A stretch of DNA of 64,000 nucleotides from Cenarchaeum sp. Its GTDB lineage: Archaea; Thermoproteota; Nitrososphaeria; Nitrososphaerales; Nitrosopumilaceae. The DNA is taken from assembly GCA_965242695.1 (NCBI GenBank), contig CBDESU010000001.1, positions 2,080,001-2,144,000 of the forward strand, written 5' to 3'. Each line of letters begins with the position of its first letter. Within the stretch, counting starts at the first letter, position 1. The position numbers were made by a program, and so were the translations under genes. The notes below the pieces were generated by a model. That model worked only from the letters and a program-made list of their open reading frames with translations. It had not been told where the DNA came from and searched no databases. This document shows positions 28,608 to 36,611 of this stretch, in pieces.

Positions 28608-29777
28608 TCAGCCAAGGCCCTCCGGCCTAGAGGCCAGGCAGGGCCCGAGCAGCGGCAGCGCAAAGCCGTAGCGGCCGCGGCCGCTCCTGCGCACGAGGCC
28701 CTTGGCCTCCAGCCGCCTCAGGCGCGACAAAAGCGCCCCCCTGCTGCACCCCGCACCCCTCAGGATCGACGAGAATGCCGCGTCCGCCCCCGGCATCGCC
28801 GACATGAGGCGGAGCGTCCCCCCTTCAAGGGGGCCCAGCTCGGCCATCCGCTGGTCGAAAAAGCCGCGGCAAAGCTCCCGGATCAGCCCCTCCCTTATGG
28901 ACATGTACTCGCCCAGCCCGATCGTCTTCCCGTCGAACCGCTCCAAGACCTCGCCCGCAAGCAGCTGTATGAAGTAGGGATGCCCGCCCGCATCCCCTGC
29001 GATGACATCCACCAGGCTCGGCGAAAAGCCGCGGCCGACGCCCGCCAGGGGCCGCGCGATCGCGAGCCTCCCGTCCTCCCTGGAGAGGTTGGACAGCCCC
29101 ATCGGTTCGAGCGACAGCCCCCCGCGCGATGCGACCGCCCCGGCGCTCTTCAGCAGCCCCGGCAGCCCGGACAGGACGGCGCAGTACCGGCACCCCCGCC
29201 TCCGGGCCTCGCCGACGGCGCCGAGAAAGTCGGCGAGCACGTGCCAGCCGTTCCTTTTTACGTCGCGGATCGTATGGAATTCGTCGAAAAGAAACACGAC
29301 GCCCCTGTACCCCAGCCGGTCTATGGCCCTCCAGCCGCTCGCAAGGCATCCGGCCAGGCGGTCCGCCGGCGGCGCGCGGTGATCGGGGCCCGAGGCGCCC
29401 GCAGCCGGAGGCCCGAGGCTCCTCCCCGCCGTGCGGGGCCCGCCCGCGGCCGGCCCCGCCCCGGCGTGCGGCTCGAGGGCGCTGCGCATGGCGTACTCGA
29501 GGCCCGCCGCAAACACGTCGGGGTCCGAGTCCCTGGCGCTGTACTGGTACCGCGCCAGGGCCAAGAACCCCCTGTCGCGGCAGGCGCGGGCAAACCTGCC
29601 TAGCAGGACGGTCTTGCCCACCCCGCGCAGCCCGTACAGGACGATGTCGGCGGCCCCGCCGCCGCCTTCGGCGCGCCGCAGCATGCCGTCGAACGCGCGC
29701 AGCTCCCCCTCCCTCCCCGCCAGGTACGGCGGGTCGAGCCCCGCCCCGGGCGCGAACGGGTTGCCTCCGCCTTCCAT
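28608..29777 (-). CDS. Archaeal/STAND-like AAA ATPase with C-terminal winged helix
   Basis: NPFAPGAG..LAGREGEL, YGLRGVGKT, FLFDEFH, GGHPYFIQL, RRLEAKGLV. Confidence 0.85.
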   Translation of the reverse strand: MEGGGNPFAPGAGLDPPYLAGREGELRAFDGMLRRAEGGGGAADIVLYGLRGVGKTVLLGRFARACRDRGFLALARYQYSARDSDPDVFAAGLEYAMRSALEPHAGAGPAAGGPRTAGRSLGPPAAGASGPDHRAPPADRLAGCLASGWRAIDRLGYRGVVFLFDEFHTIRDVKRNGWHVLADFLGAVGEARRRGCRYCAVLSGLPGLLKSAGAVASRGGLSLEPMGLSNLSREDGRLAIARPLAGVGRGFSPSLVDVIAGDAGGHPYFIQLLAGEVLERFDGKTIGLGEYMSIREGLIRELCRGFFDQRMAELGPLEGGTLRLMSAMPGADAAFSSILRGAGCSRGALLSRLRRLEAKGLVRRSGRGRYGFALPLLGPCLASRPEGLG

Positions 29778-29856
29778 GCAGGGGCGGGGCCGGCCCCGGC
29801 TAAAAGCATCCCGGCGCAGCCGCCCGGCGGAAGCGGACAGGGCCGGCGGGCCCGCC

Positions 29857-30324
29857 CTAGAACCTCTGCTTTGTAATCGACAGCGTGCCCGTCATCCACG
29901 GGTGCGGTATGCAGTTGTACTTGATCTCGGCAGGCTCCGTAAACAGGAACTCGTACGACTCGCCGGGCATGACGACCCCGTCCGAGCCGAACTTGCCGCT
30001 GTACGGGTCGGCGTACGAGTGGTCGGGCGTCACCGTGTGCGCAACGTCGTCGATGTTGTTCCACACGACGATGTTGTCGATGCCGAGCTGTATGTCGACG
30101 ATCTTTGGGACAAAGTTCTCCTCCTGGCTGGGCAGGGCCGAGCCGATGATCATTTCGATCACCTTCTTCTCGCCCTCGGGGTGCAGTATGTGCTCGTCGA
30201 CGGACGGCTTTTCGAGCGACTCGGGCAGGTAGAACCCCTGGTAGAAGACGACGCCGGCTGCCACGCCGACTATCACCGTCATTATCCCTATGCCGTACGC
30301 GTTGGACGTGCGGGCCTCGCTCAC
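29857..30324 (-). CDS. Membrane-anchored cupredoxin; putative cytochrome c1 substitute of complex III
   Basis: N-terminal TM; AHTVT..YNCIPHPWM Cu ligands; downstream of petB. Confidence 0.9.
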   Translation of the reverse strand: MSEARTSNAYGIGIMTVIVGVAAGVVFYQGFYLPESLEKPSVDEHILHPEGEKKVIEMIIGSALPSQEENFVPKIVDIQLGIDNIVVWNNIDDVAHTVTPDHSYADPYSGKFGSDGVVMPGESYEFLFTEPAEIKYNCIPHPWMTGTLSITKQRF

Positions 30325-30398
30325 GGGGCGGCGGGGCAGGCCGGGCCTATAAAAGCTTCAAGCGGCGCATTCCCAGAGTCCCGCGGGGCGGGACGGCA

Positions 30399-31556
30399 TC
30401 AGGCCTGCGGCGCGGCCCCGCCCGGGCCGGCGGCGGCCGATGCCCCGCCCCGGGCCCCCACGCGCACGGCGGCCAACGCCGCGGCCCTGGCGGCCAGGGC
30501 CGACTTTTCGGCCGACCTCGAGGCCTTGCCGGCCATGCGGGCCGCGGCGTCGGCGGCCTTTCCGTCGCCTGTCGGCCCGTAAGAGGCCCCCGCTACGGCC
30601 AGTACCGCCTCTGCCGCCGAGCCGGCCATGCGGGCCGCCTGGGCCGACTTTTCGGCGGCCGCGCGCTTTTCGTCGTCCGCCTTTTGGGTGGTGCGCTCCT
30701 TTGCCACCGTCCGCACGGCGCGGGCAGCCGGCCGCGTCTGGCGGGCCGCCCTTGCGGCCCACACGGCGGCCGCCCTGGCCGTCGCCGCCGCCCTGGCCGC
30801 ATCGGCGGCCATTGCGGCGCGGGCCGCGCGGGCCGCCGCATCGGCCATGCGCGAGGCCTTGTCGGCCCCCTTGTCGGCGGCCCGCTCCGCCGCAGCGGCC
30901 GCGTTGTCGGCGGACGTCGACGACCTGTCGGCCGACCTTGCCGCATCGTCTGCCGCGGTAGCGGCCTTGACCGCCTCTTCCTCGGGGGCGCCGGGCGCTG
31001 CCTGCACCCCGAGCGACATGCGGGCGTCCCACCGCGCCGCGGCCCACGCGGCCGCCTCGGCGGCATCGGCCGCGGCGGCGGCCGCCTCGGCGGCCGCCTT
31101 GGCCGCCTTGGCGGCCCTTTCCGACAGGCCGGCCGCATCCGGGCCGCCCGTGCCGCCGTCCGGCGGCGCGCCAAGGGTGCGCGCCAGCCAGCGGGCCGCC
31201 TCTGCCGACGACTCGTGCGCAACGCGGGCCGCTCCTGCGGACTGCTCGGCGGCAAAGGCCTTTGACAGCGACCTGCCGGCATCGCCGGCTCGGGCGGCGC
31301 CTGCCGCGCCGCGGGACGCGCCGGCCGCCTCGTCGGCGATGCATGCGGTCCTGGCCACGTTGCAGGCCACGTCGGCAATGTCGGCGCGCTCGATGCCGGC
31401 TGCATCGGCATCGGTGCCCGGGCCGGCTGCGGCGTCGGCGCCGGGCGCGGCCGCGCGCAGGGCCTCGGCGGCGGCGCGCGCCTCCCCGGCCGCGGCGGCG
31501 GCCCTTCCGGCCGCCTCGTCGGCCGCATCGGCCGCGGCGCCAAGCTCGGCGGACAA
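30399..31556 (-). CDS. Alanine-rich predicted coiled-coil protein
   Basis: Open frame; AT-rich aatattcttaag box ~25 nt before TTG 31556; low complexity, so coding status is less certain. Confidence 0.55.
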   Translation of the reverse strand: MSAELGAAADAADEAAGRAAAAAGEARAAAEALRAAAPGADAAAGPGTDADAAGIERADIADVACNVARTACIADEAAGASRGAAGAARAGDAGRSLSKAFAAEQSAGAARVAHESSAEAARWLARTLGAPPDGGTGGPDAAGLSERAAKAAKAAAEAAAAAADAAEAAAWAAARWDARMSLGVQAAPGAPEEEAVKAATAADDAARSADRSSTSADNAAAAAERAADKGADKASRMADAAARAARAAMAADAARAAATARAAAVWAARAARQTRPAARAVRTVAKERTTQKADDEKRAAAEKSAQAARMAGSAAEAVLAVAGASYGPTGDGKAADAAARMAGKASRSAEKSALAARAAALAAVRVGARGGASAAAGPGGAAPQA

Positions 31557-31621
31557 CGGCGGCCCCCCGCAGGGCGTGCTTAAGAATATTTTTCCGCGGG
31601 CCTGGGCGGCGGCCGGCCCCG

Positions 31622-32728
31622 TCAGTGCCTGTACCACGGGTCGTACCCGAGCCGCTCGAGCAGGTGGCCCCACGACTCGAACTCGGAGTCGTACGCCGAC
31701 AGGGGGAACCTCGCGCCGGCCTTTTTCATCTCTTGGCGCGTCGGCACCTGGCTGAGATCGCGGCGAATCCTCTCGATCTCGGCGATCAGGGACGCCTTGT
31801 TCGGCAGCTCCGACCTGGCCAGCTCGACGACCTCGCTCACGGGGGTGCCGAACTCGCTCTCAATGGTCTCGACGAGCTCTTCGGACAGCTCGGGCTCGTC
31901 TTCGCCCGATATGGCCAACGCCCTGCCCAGGTCCCTGAGCATGTGGGCGCGCCGCTTGTCAAAGTAGGTCAGGTCGGTCTCGAGGGGCGAAGGCTCCCGC
32001 GCCGGCGGCTTGGATCGCCGGCGGCGACCGCTGCCGCCTCCGGTGCTGCCGCTGCTGCTGCTGCCGCCGCATCCTGTGCTGCTGTCGCCGCCTCCGGTGC
32101 TGCTACTCTTGCCGCTGCCGCCGCTGCCGCTACTGCTGCCGCTACTGCTCTTGCCGCTGCCGCCGCTGCCGCTACTGCTGCCGCTACTGCTGCCGCTACT
32201 GCTGCCGCTACTGCTGCCGCTACTGCTCTTGCCGCTGCCGCCGCTGCCGCTACTGCTGCCGCCTCCGCCGCTGTTGCCGTCCGCCGAGGCGGCCGACTCC
32301 CTGCCGGCCGAGCCTGCCGCCTCGCGAGCGGCCGAGCGGCGGCTCGGCGAGTGCCTAAGCCTCTGCTTGTACTCGGCGCTGCGCGGATTGCGCCGTATGC
32401 GGAAGTTGCAGCAGTTGCAGTACCAGCCGATCGAGTCCTCGGCGGCGGGCAGGCCGTTGCGCATGTGGCCTCCGCGGTAGTCGATCCATATGTCGCACGT
32501 CTGGCAGCGCCCGTGCCCCGCCTCGTACCGGCCCCCCTTGACGGGCTTCTTGGCCCTGTACTGCTTGCACTTTCCGGCGCAGAGCCTCTTTTTCCCGGCG
32601 GCGGGGGCGGCGCGCTTCACGGGCGTCCCCTGGCCGGCAGACTCGAGTCCTGCTTCCTGCCTCGCGGACAGGGAGCCCGCCCCTGCGGGGGCGCCCCCCT
32701 GAGGGTCGGCAAGCGTGAGCAGCTGCAT
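31622..32728 (-). CDS. Cys-rich Zn-finger + Ser/Gly linker + homing-endonuclease-associated helical repeat protein
   Basis: CAGKC..CQTC..CNCC..RRNPR; SSSG/GGSGK repeats; C-terminal IERIRRDLSQVPTRQEM..AYDSEFESWGHLLERLG; start uncertain. Confidence 0.7.
   Translation of the reverse strand: MQLLTLADPQGGAPAGAGSLSARQEAGLESAGQGTPVKRAAPAAGKKRLCAGKCKQYRAKKPVKGGRYEAGHGRCQTCDIWIDYRGGHMRNGLPAAEDSIGWYCNCCNFRIRRNPRSAEYKQRLRHSPSRRSAAREAAGSAGRESAASADGNSGGGGSSSGSGGSGKSSSGSSSGSSSGSSSGSSSGSGGSGKSSSGSSSGSGGSGKSSSTGGGDSSTGCGGSSSSGSTGGGSGRRRRSKPPAREPSPLETDLTYFDKRRAHMLRDLGRALAISGEDEPELSEELVETIESEFGTPVSEVVELARSELPNKASLIAEIERIRRDLSQVPTRQEMKKAGARFPLSAYDSEFESWGHLLERLGYDPWYRH
32030..32280. repeat. Coding tandem repeats (ctactgctgccg and variants) encoding the Ser/Gly linker
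   Basis: Directly visible 12-bp iterations and larger duplicated blocks. Confidence 0.85.
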
Positions 32729-32734
32729 TGCAGA

Positions 32735-34402
32735 TCACGTCCCTGCGGGCCCCGGCTGCGGGCCCGGCGGCGAAGATGGAGGCATAGAGGGCGGGGGCGA
32801 TGGGGGCGGCCCGGCGGCGGGCGGCGGGGCGCCGGGCGGGCCGCCCGGCGGCGGCGCCGATGCCGCCGGCGGGCCGGCGCCGCGGGGAGCGGCAGGGGCC
32901 GCCCGCGGAGGGGGCAGCTCGGCAGGCGCTGCGCCGGGCGCGCCCGCGCCTCCCTCGAGGGCCGGCGCCGGGCCGGGCTCGGGCAGGCGCGGCCTCTCGG
33001 GGACGGGCAGGCCTGGCGCAAGGCCGGGCGGCGGAGGCGGGGCGTCCTTGGCCCTGCCCATCGCGTACCTGTACACGTGGAAGAACGCGGCGAACACGAA
33101 CAGTATGAGGCCCACCCAGAACAGCGAGAGGTTCTTGAAGCCGGTAATGGCCGCGTTGTACGCCGCGATGTTGAGGAACACGAGGAACGCGATGAGCGCG
33201 ACGATGACCCAGTTGACCCACTTGTCGGACAGGTCGATCGTGGCGACCCTGTTCGGGCCGCGCTCCTTTTGCATCTTGGCCTTGCGCTCGGACTCGCGGG
33301 CCATGTGTATCATCATGTAGCTGAACCCGAACCCGAGCGGGACGAGCAGTATCATCGTGAGGTACAGGAAGACGGGGTCTATGACCAGGCGCTCGACAAG
33401 CGACAGCGTCGTGTCGGCCGGTATGTAGAACCCCCAGTACGTCGTCACTATGATCTGGGCGATCCCGACGATGCCGAACGACGTGATGATCGGCCTGTCC
33501 TTCCAAGAGAACTTCTTGTACCTGTCCAGGAACGGCACGAGCAGCAGCGACCCTATGAACAGCGCCGGCCACAGCACGCCGGTGACGAACTTGTCGTACT
33601 GCGTGCGCAGGAACGCATACAGTCCCGTCAGGTACCACTCGGGGACCGTGATGCCCGGCGGCACGGTCGGCTGGAACTTGAAGCCGAGGTCGATGGGGAA
33701 GACGCCGCCCGTGATGAGGATGGCGCCGGAGATCGCCATGACCATCGGCACGTCGAAGACGAGGAACCGCGGAAAGTGCACCGCCATGAGCCCGAGCATG
33801 ACGAGGGGCAGTATGAAGACGTGCTGCGCGTAGAACCGGAGCACAAAGTCGTGGAACCCGCCCCCGAACATGGCGTCGCGTATGGTCGGCCCCACCACGG
33901 GGATCGAGTTGGTCAGGGACGCCGCTATGCTGATGGCAAGCTCGGCGCGCTCGCTGAATATGATGTCGTACCCCGTGAACGCCTCTAGTATGGTGACCGT
34001 CCCGAGTATGACCCCCGTGACCCACAGTATCTCGTTGCGTATCTTGTAGCGGCCGCTAAAGTACTGGTAGTACATGTGCAGGATGGCGAGCAGCACCATC
34101 GCGTTCGAGCCGTGGTAGTGTATGTTGCGGATGTGGAACCCGTACGGCACCTCGTCGTTGATGAACTCTACGCTGTCCCAGGCCCTGTCCAGGATGGGCT
34201 CGTAGTAGAACATGAGCAGGGCGCCGGATATGCCGAGTATTACGAACACGATGAACGTGAGCATGCCGAGGAAGCCGAACGGGCTTACGAACCTGGCCGG
34301 GAACGAGAACTTTATCGCCGTGAATATGGTCCGGTCGATGCCGTCCCACACCCAGTACAGGAAGGCGACAAAGCCCGTGCGCCTACTTAAGGTAGCGTCC
34401 AA
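32735..34402 (-). CDS. petB: Cytochrome b of complex III with Pro-rich C-terminal tail
   Basis: RNIHYHGSNAMVLLAILH, RFYAQHVFILP..VH, PEWY. Confidence 0.95.
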   Translation of the reverse strand: MDATLSRRTGFVAFLYWVWDGIDRTIFTAIKFSFPARFVSPFGFLGMLTFIVFVILGISGALLMFYYEPILDRAWDSVEFINDEVPYGFHIRNIHYHGSNAMVLLAILHMYYQYFSGRYKIRNEILWVTGVILGTVTILEAFTGYDIIFSERAELAISIAASLTNSIPVVGPTIRDAMFGGGFHDFVLRFYAQHVFILPLVMLGLMAVHFPRFLVFDVPMVMAISGAILITGGVFPIDLGFKFQPTVPPGITVPEWYLTGLYAFLRTQYDKFVTGVLWPALFIGSLLLVPFLDRYKKFSWKDRPIITSFGIVGIAQIIVTTYWGFYIPADTTLSLVERLVIDPVFLYLTMILLVPLGFGFSYMMIHMARESERKAKMQKERGPNRVATIDLSDKWVNWVIVALIAFLVFLNIAAYNAAITGFKNLSLFWVGLILFVFAAFFHVYRYAMGRAKDAPPPPPGLAPGLPVPERPRLPEPGPAPALEGGAGAPGAAPAELPPPRAAPAAPRGAGPPAASAPPPGGPPGAPPPAAGPPPSPPPSMPPSSPPGPQPGPAGT

Positions 34403-34997
34403 ATCCCACCACTCCGTTCTGGTTGACCCCCCACGTGGGGGGCAGTATCCACAGCGCCCCGTCCGAGTCGGCCTCCATCGTAAGGTTCGGCAGCACGTTC
34501 GACGGCGGCGCCTGCAGCGAGGCCGGCCCCTCGAACGCCGCGCCCGTCAGGGGGTCGTACATGCTGCCGTGGCACGGGCACTCGCCCCTCCGGCGCCCCT
34601 CTTCGGGCCAGTACTTCCAGAGACACCACAGGTGGAGGCACACCATGCTGTACGCGCGGAACGCCGAGGCCTCGTTCGTCTCACCGCCGAGCTCGGGCGG
34701 CAGCCGTATGAACTGCCACTTGCGGAACGCCTCCTCGTCGAGGACGGCATCGCCCGTCTTCGGGTACGTGATGACCTCGGCGTGGTTGACCGGAAACGTG
34801 TTGACGTTGGCCTGCAGGCCGTCGGGGAGCTCTACGGGGACGCGCTCGAGGACGACCGACGAGGGGTTGGGCATGAAGTTGCCCCACGGCACGAACGGTG
34901 CGAACGCCAGGCCGGTGCCGGCAGCCCCCATGAGCTTTAGAAAGTCGCGCCGGGACAGGCCGCTCCGCCTAGCGGCGCTCTCCTCCCCCTCTTGCAT
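34383..34997 (-). CDS. Rieske 2Fe-2S protein with Tat signal
   Basis: SRRDFLK, CLHLWC, ECPCHGSMY, GPA. Confidence 0.95.
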   Translation of the reverse strand: MQEGEESAARRSGLSRRDFLKLMGAAGTGLAFAPFVPWGNFMPNPSSVVLERVPVELPDGLQANVNTFPVNHAEVITYPKTGDAVLDEEAFRKWQFIRLPPELGGETNEASAFRAYSMVCLHLWCLWKYWPEEGRRRGECPCHGSMYDPLTGAAFEGPASLQAPPSNVLPNLTMEADSDGALWILPPTWGVNQNGVVGFGRYLK

Positions 34998-35370
34998 TCG
35001 TGCCCAAAATCCACCGGTTTGGTTATAAACCTAGTTTCGGGCTCGGGCAGGGGCCGGCCCGCGGGCTGGTAGAGGGGGCAGATGCTGGGGGCGCCCCCGT
35101 GAGGGGGACGCAGGGCGCGAGGCGGGGCGCGGGCGGCAGTCCGGCCCGCGGGCAGGTGGAGGGGAGGGAGGGGGGGCAGAGGCGGGGCGGCAGGCCCTGT
35201 GCGGGCCGCGCGCCATCCGCCAGGCGACGCTGGGGCCGCGCACAACTCATGGAGTGGCCGATGTCAAGATTCGCAGTCCGGCCCGCCACCCGCCGTGCCG
35301 TGCCTCTGATCTCGGCGGCACGCGGCATGCGCGACAGATTCGAGTATATAAGCAAGTTAGTGTTATATAC

Positions 35371-35460
35371 CAGCCATTCGTTTGCGGGCCAAGGACCTGC
35401 GAACGGGCGGGACCCCAGGGGCGGCGGCATCTGCGCATCTTGGCGCAACCGTCGCCCCGC
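35371..35460 (+). ncRNA. Candidate two-hairpin ncRNA, copy 1 (DUF3800-associated)
   Basis: TATATAA at 35345; hairpin CGTTTGCGGG/CCTGCGAACG and hairpin GGGGCGGCGG..TGCGC/GCGCA..CCGTCGCCCC; G-U wobbles favour the + strand. Confidence 0.6.
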
Positions 35461-36181
35461 TATCTTGGATCAGGGTAGTTCTTTATGCCGAACCCGTGCA
35501 ACTTGCCCCCGCGTCTCCACATGCATGCATCGAGGCCTTCGGGCCATCCTAGGAACGTCGGATCGCCGTGACAGCGCTTTTGGAGCACGTACGCGACGAC
35601 ATCAACCCCCTGTAGGAGGGGATCGCGGCGCGAGTCCTTGAAGATGACGTCCTCCATGACCCGGCTCCTGCGCATCCTGTGCCTACCAATCCCCGACTCT
35701 GACGACCGGATCGCCCTCCTGATCCCCGCCTCGTTCGCGCCCCCGCTCGCATCGGAGATTATCAGGCCACGGTCCTTGCCGCCCCGGTCGTCTAGGTACG
35801 CCTCGAACCGCTCCGTCATAAGGTGCCATGCAAGCTCTCGTATGCGCGGGCCGTCAAAGTCGCCCTCCAGCAGGTTCTTCCAGACTATGACGTTTATCAG
35901 CGATGCTCCAGATCCGGCTATCGCACCGGCCGTCCTTGAAAAGACCGCTTTCTTCTTCACAAGGTCGAGGCCGTGGCCCGCCCTCGAAAAGTCGCCCCTG
36001 TTGTTCCACACGTCGTACGCATGAATCTCCTTGTCGCGCGGATCCAATCCCGGAAAGAGGTCCCGCTTGGCATCGTCGATCGCATCTCTTGCTTCATCCA
36101 TGTCGTGCTCGTGCACGACGAGGCCGCTCGGTATGTGGACGCTTATGCCGCTGGCGCCGGCGTGCCTGCAAGGCGCTACAT
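35460..36181 (-). pseudogene. DUF3800-family (RNase H-fold) gene with degenerate 5' end
   Basis: SGLVVHE, KEIHA, LIISD, EDVIFKDS..LLQGVDVVAY pattern; expected N-terminal YxDESG is absent; ATG 36181 is out of frame and followed by TAG. Confidence 0.7.
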
Positions 36182-36422
36182 GCCGGGGGAGGGGGCGCAG
36201 GCGGGAGGCGGCGCAATGCGGCGCCGCGGCCGCCATCGCCGCGCGCCCTGCCGCCCAGATGCCAGCGTGCGCCCGCCGACGGGGGGGGCGGCGCGGCACA
36301 GTGCACTGCGCGGCCAAATCGCGCCGGCGCCGCCCCGCCGCCCGCCGTGCCGCGCCTCTGATCTAGGCCGCATGCGGCGCGCGCGACGGACTCGAGCATA
36401 TAAGCGAGTTAGTGCTATATAC

Positions 36423-36512
36423 CAGCCATTCGTTTGCGGGCCAAGGACCTGCGAACGGGCGGGACCCCAGGGGCGGCGGCATCTGCGCATCTAGGCGCAA
36501 CCGTCGCCCCGC
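36423..36512 (+). ncRNA. Candidate two-hairpin ncRNA, copy 2
   Basis: Identical to copy 1 except one loop base (36493); ATATAA box upstream. Confidence 0.6.
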
Positions 36513-36611
36513 TATCCTGCACGCAGTCTCCTGTCGCCGCCCCCGCGCAGCGCCACCCCGTGCCGCCGCCCGCGGCCGGCAGGGGCGGTGCGCGGATGCA
36601 GCGGCGCCCGG

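Larger units (their letters stand above)
35282..36516. repeat. ~183-bp direct repeats (35282-35464 and 36334-36516) bracketing the DUF3800 gene
   Basis: Ungapped alignment at offset 1052; 12 substitutions in the first 82 nt, 1 in the last 101 nt. Confidence 0.92.

Noticed and set aside
31262-33988. 908-aa + strand ORF and many other long Arg/Gly/Pro/Ala-rich overlapping ORFs (e.g. 18362..20374, 49196..51178, 52177..54132)
   Set aside because: Shadow ORFs caused by high GC; they overlap well-supported genes in other frames and lack motifs
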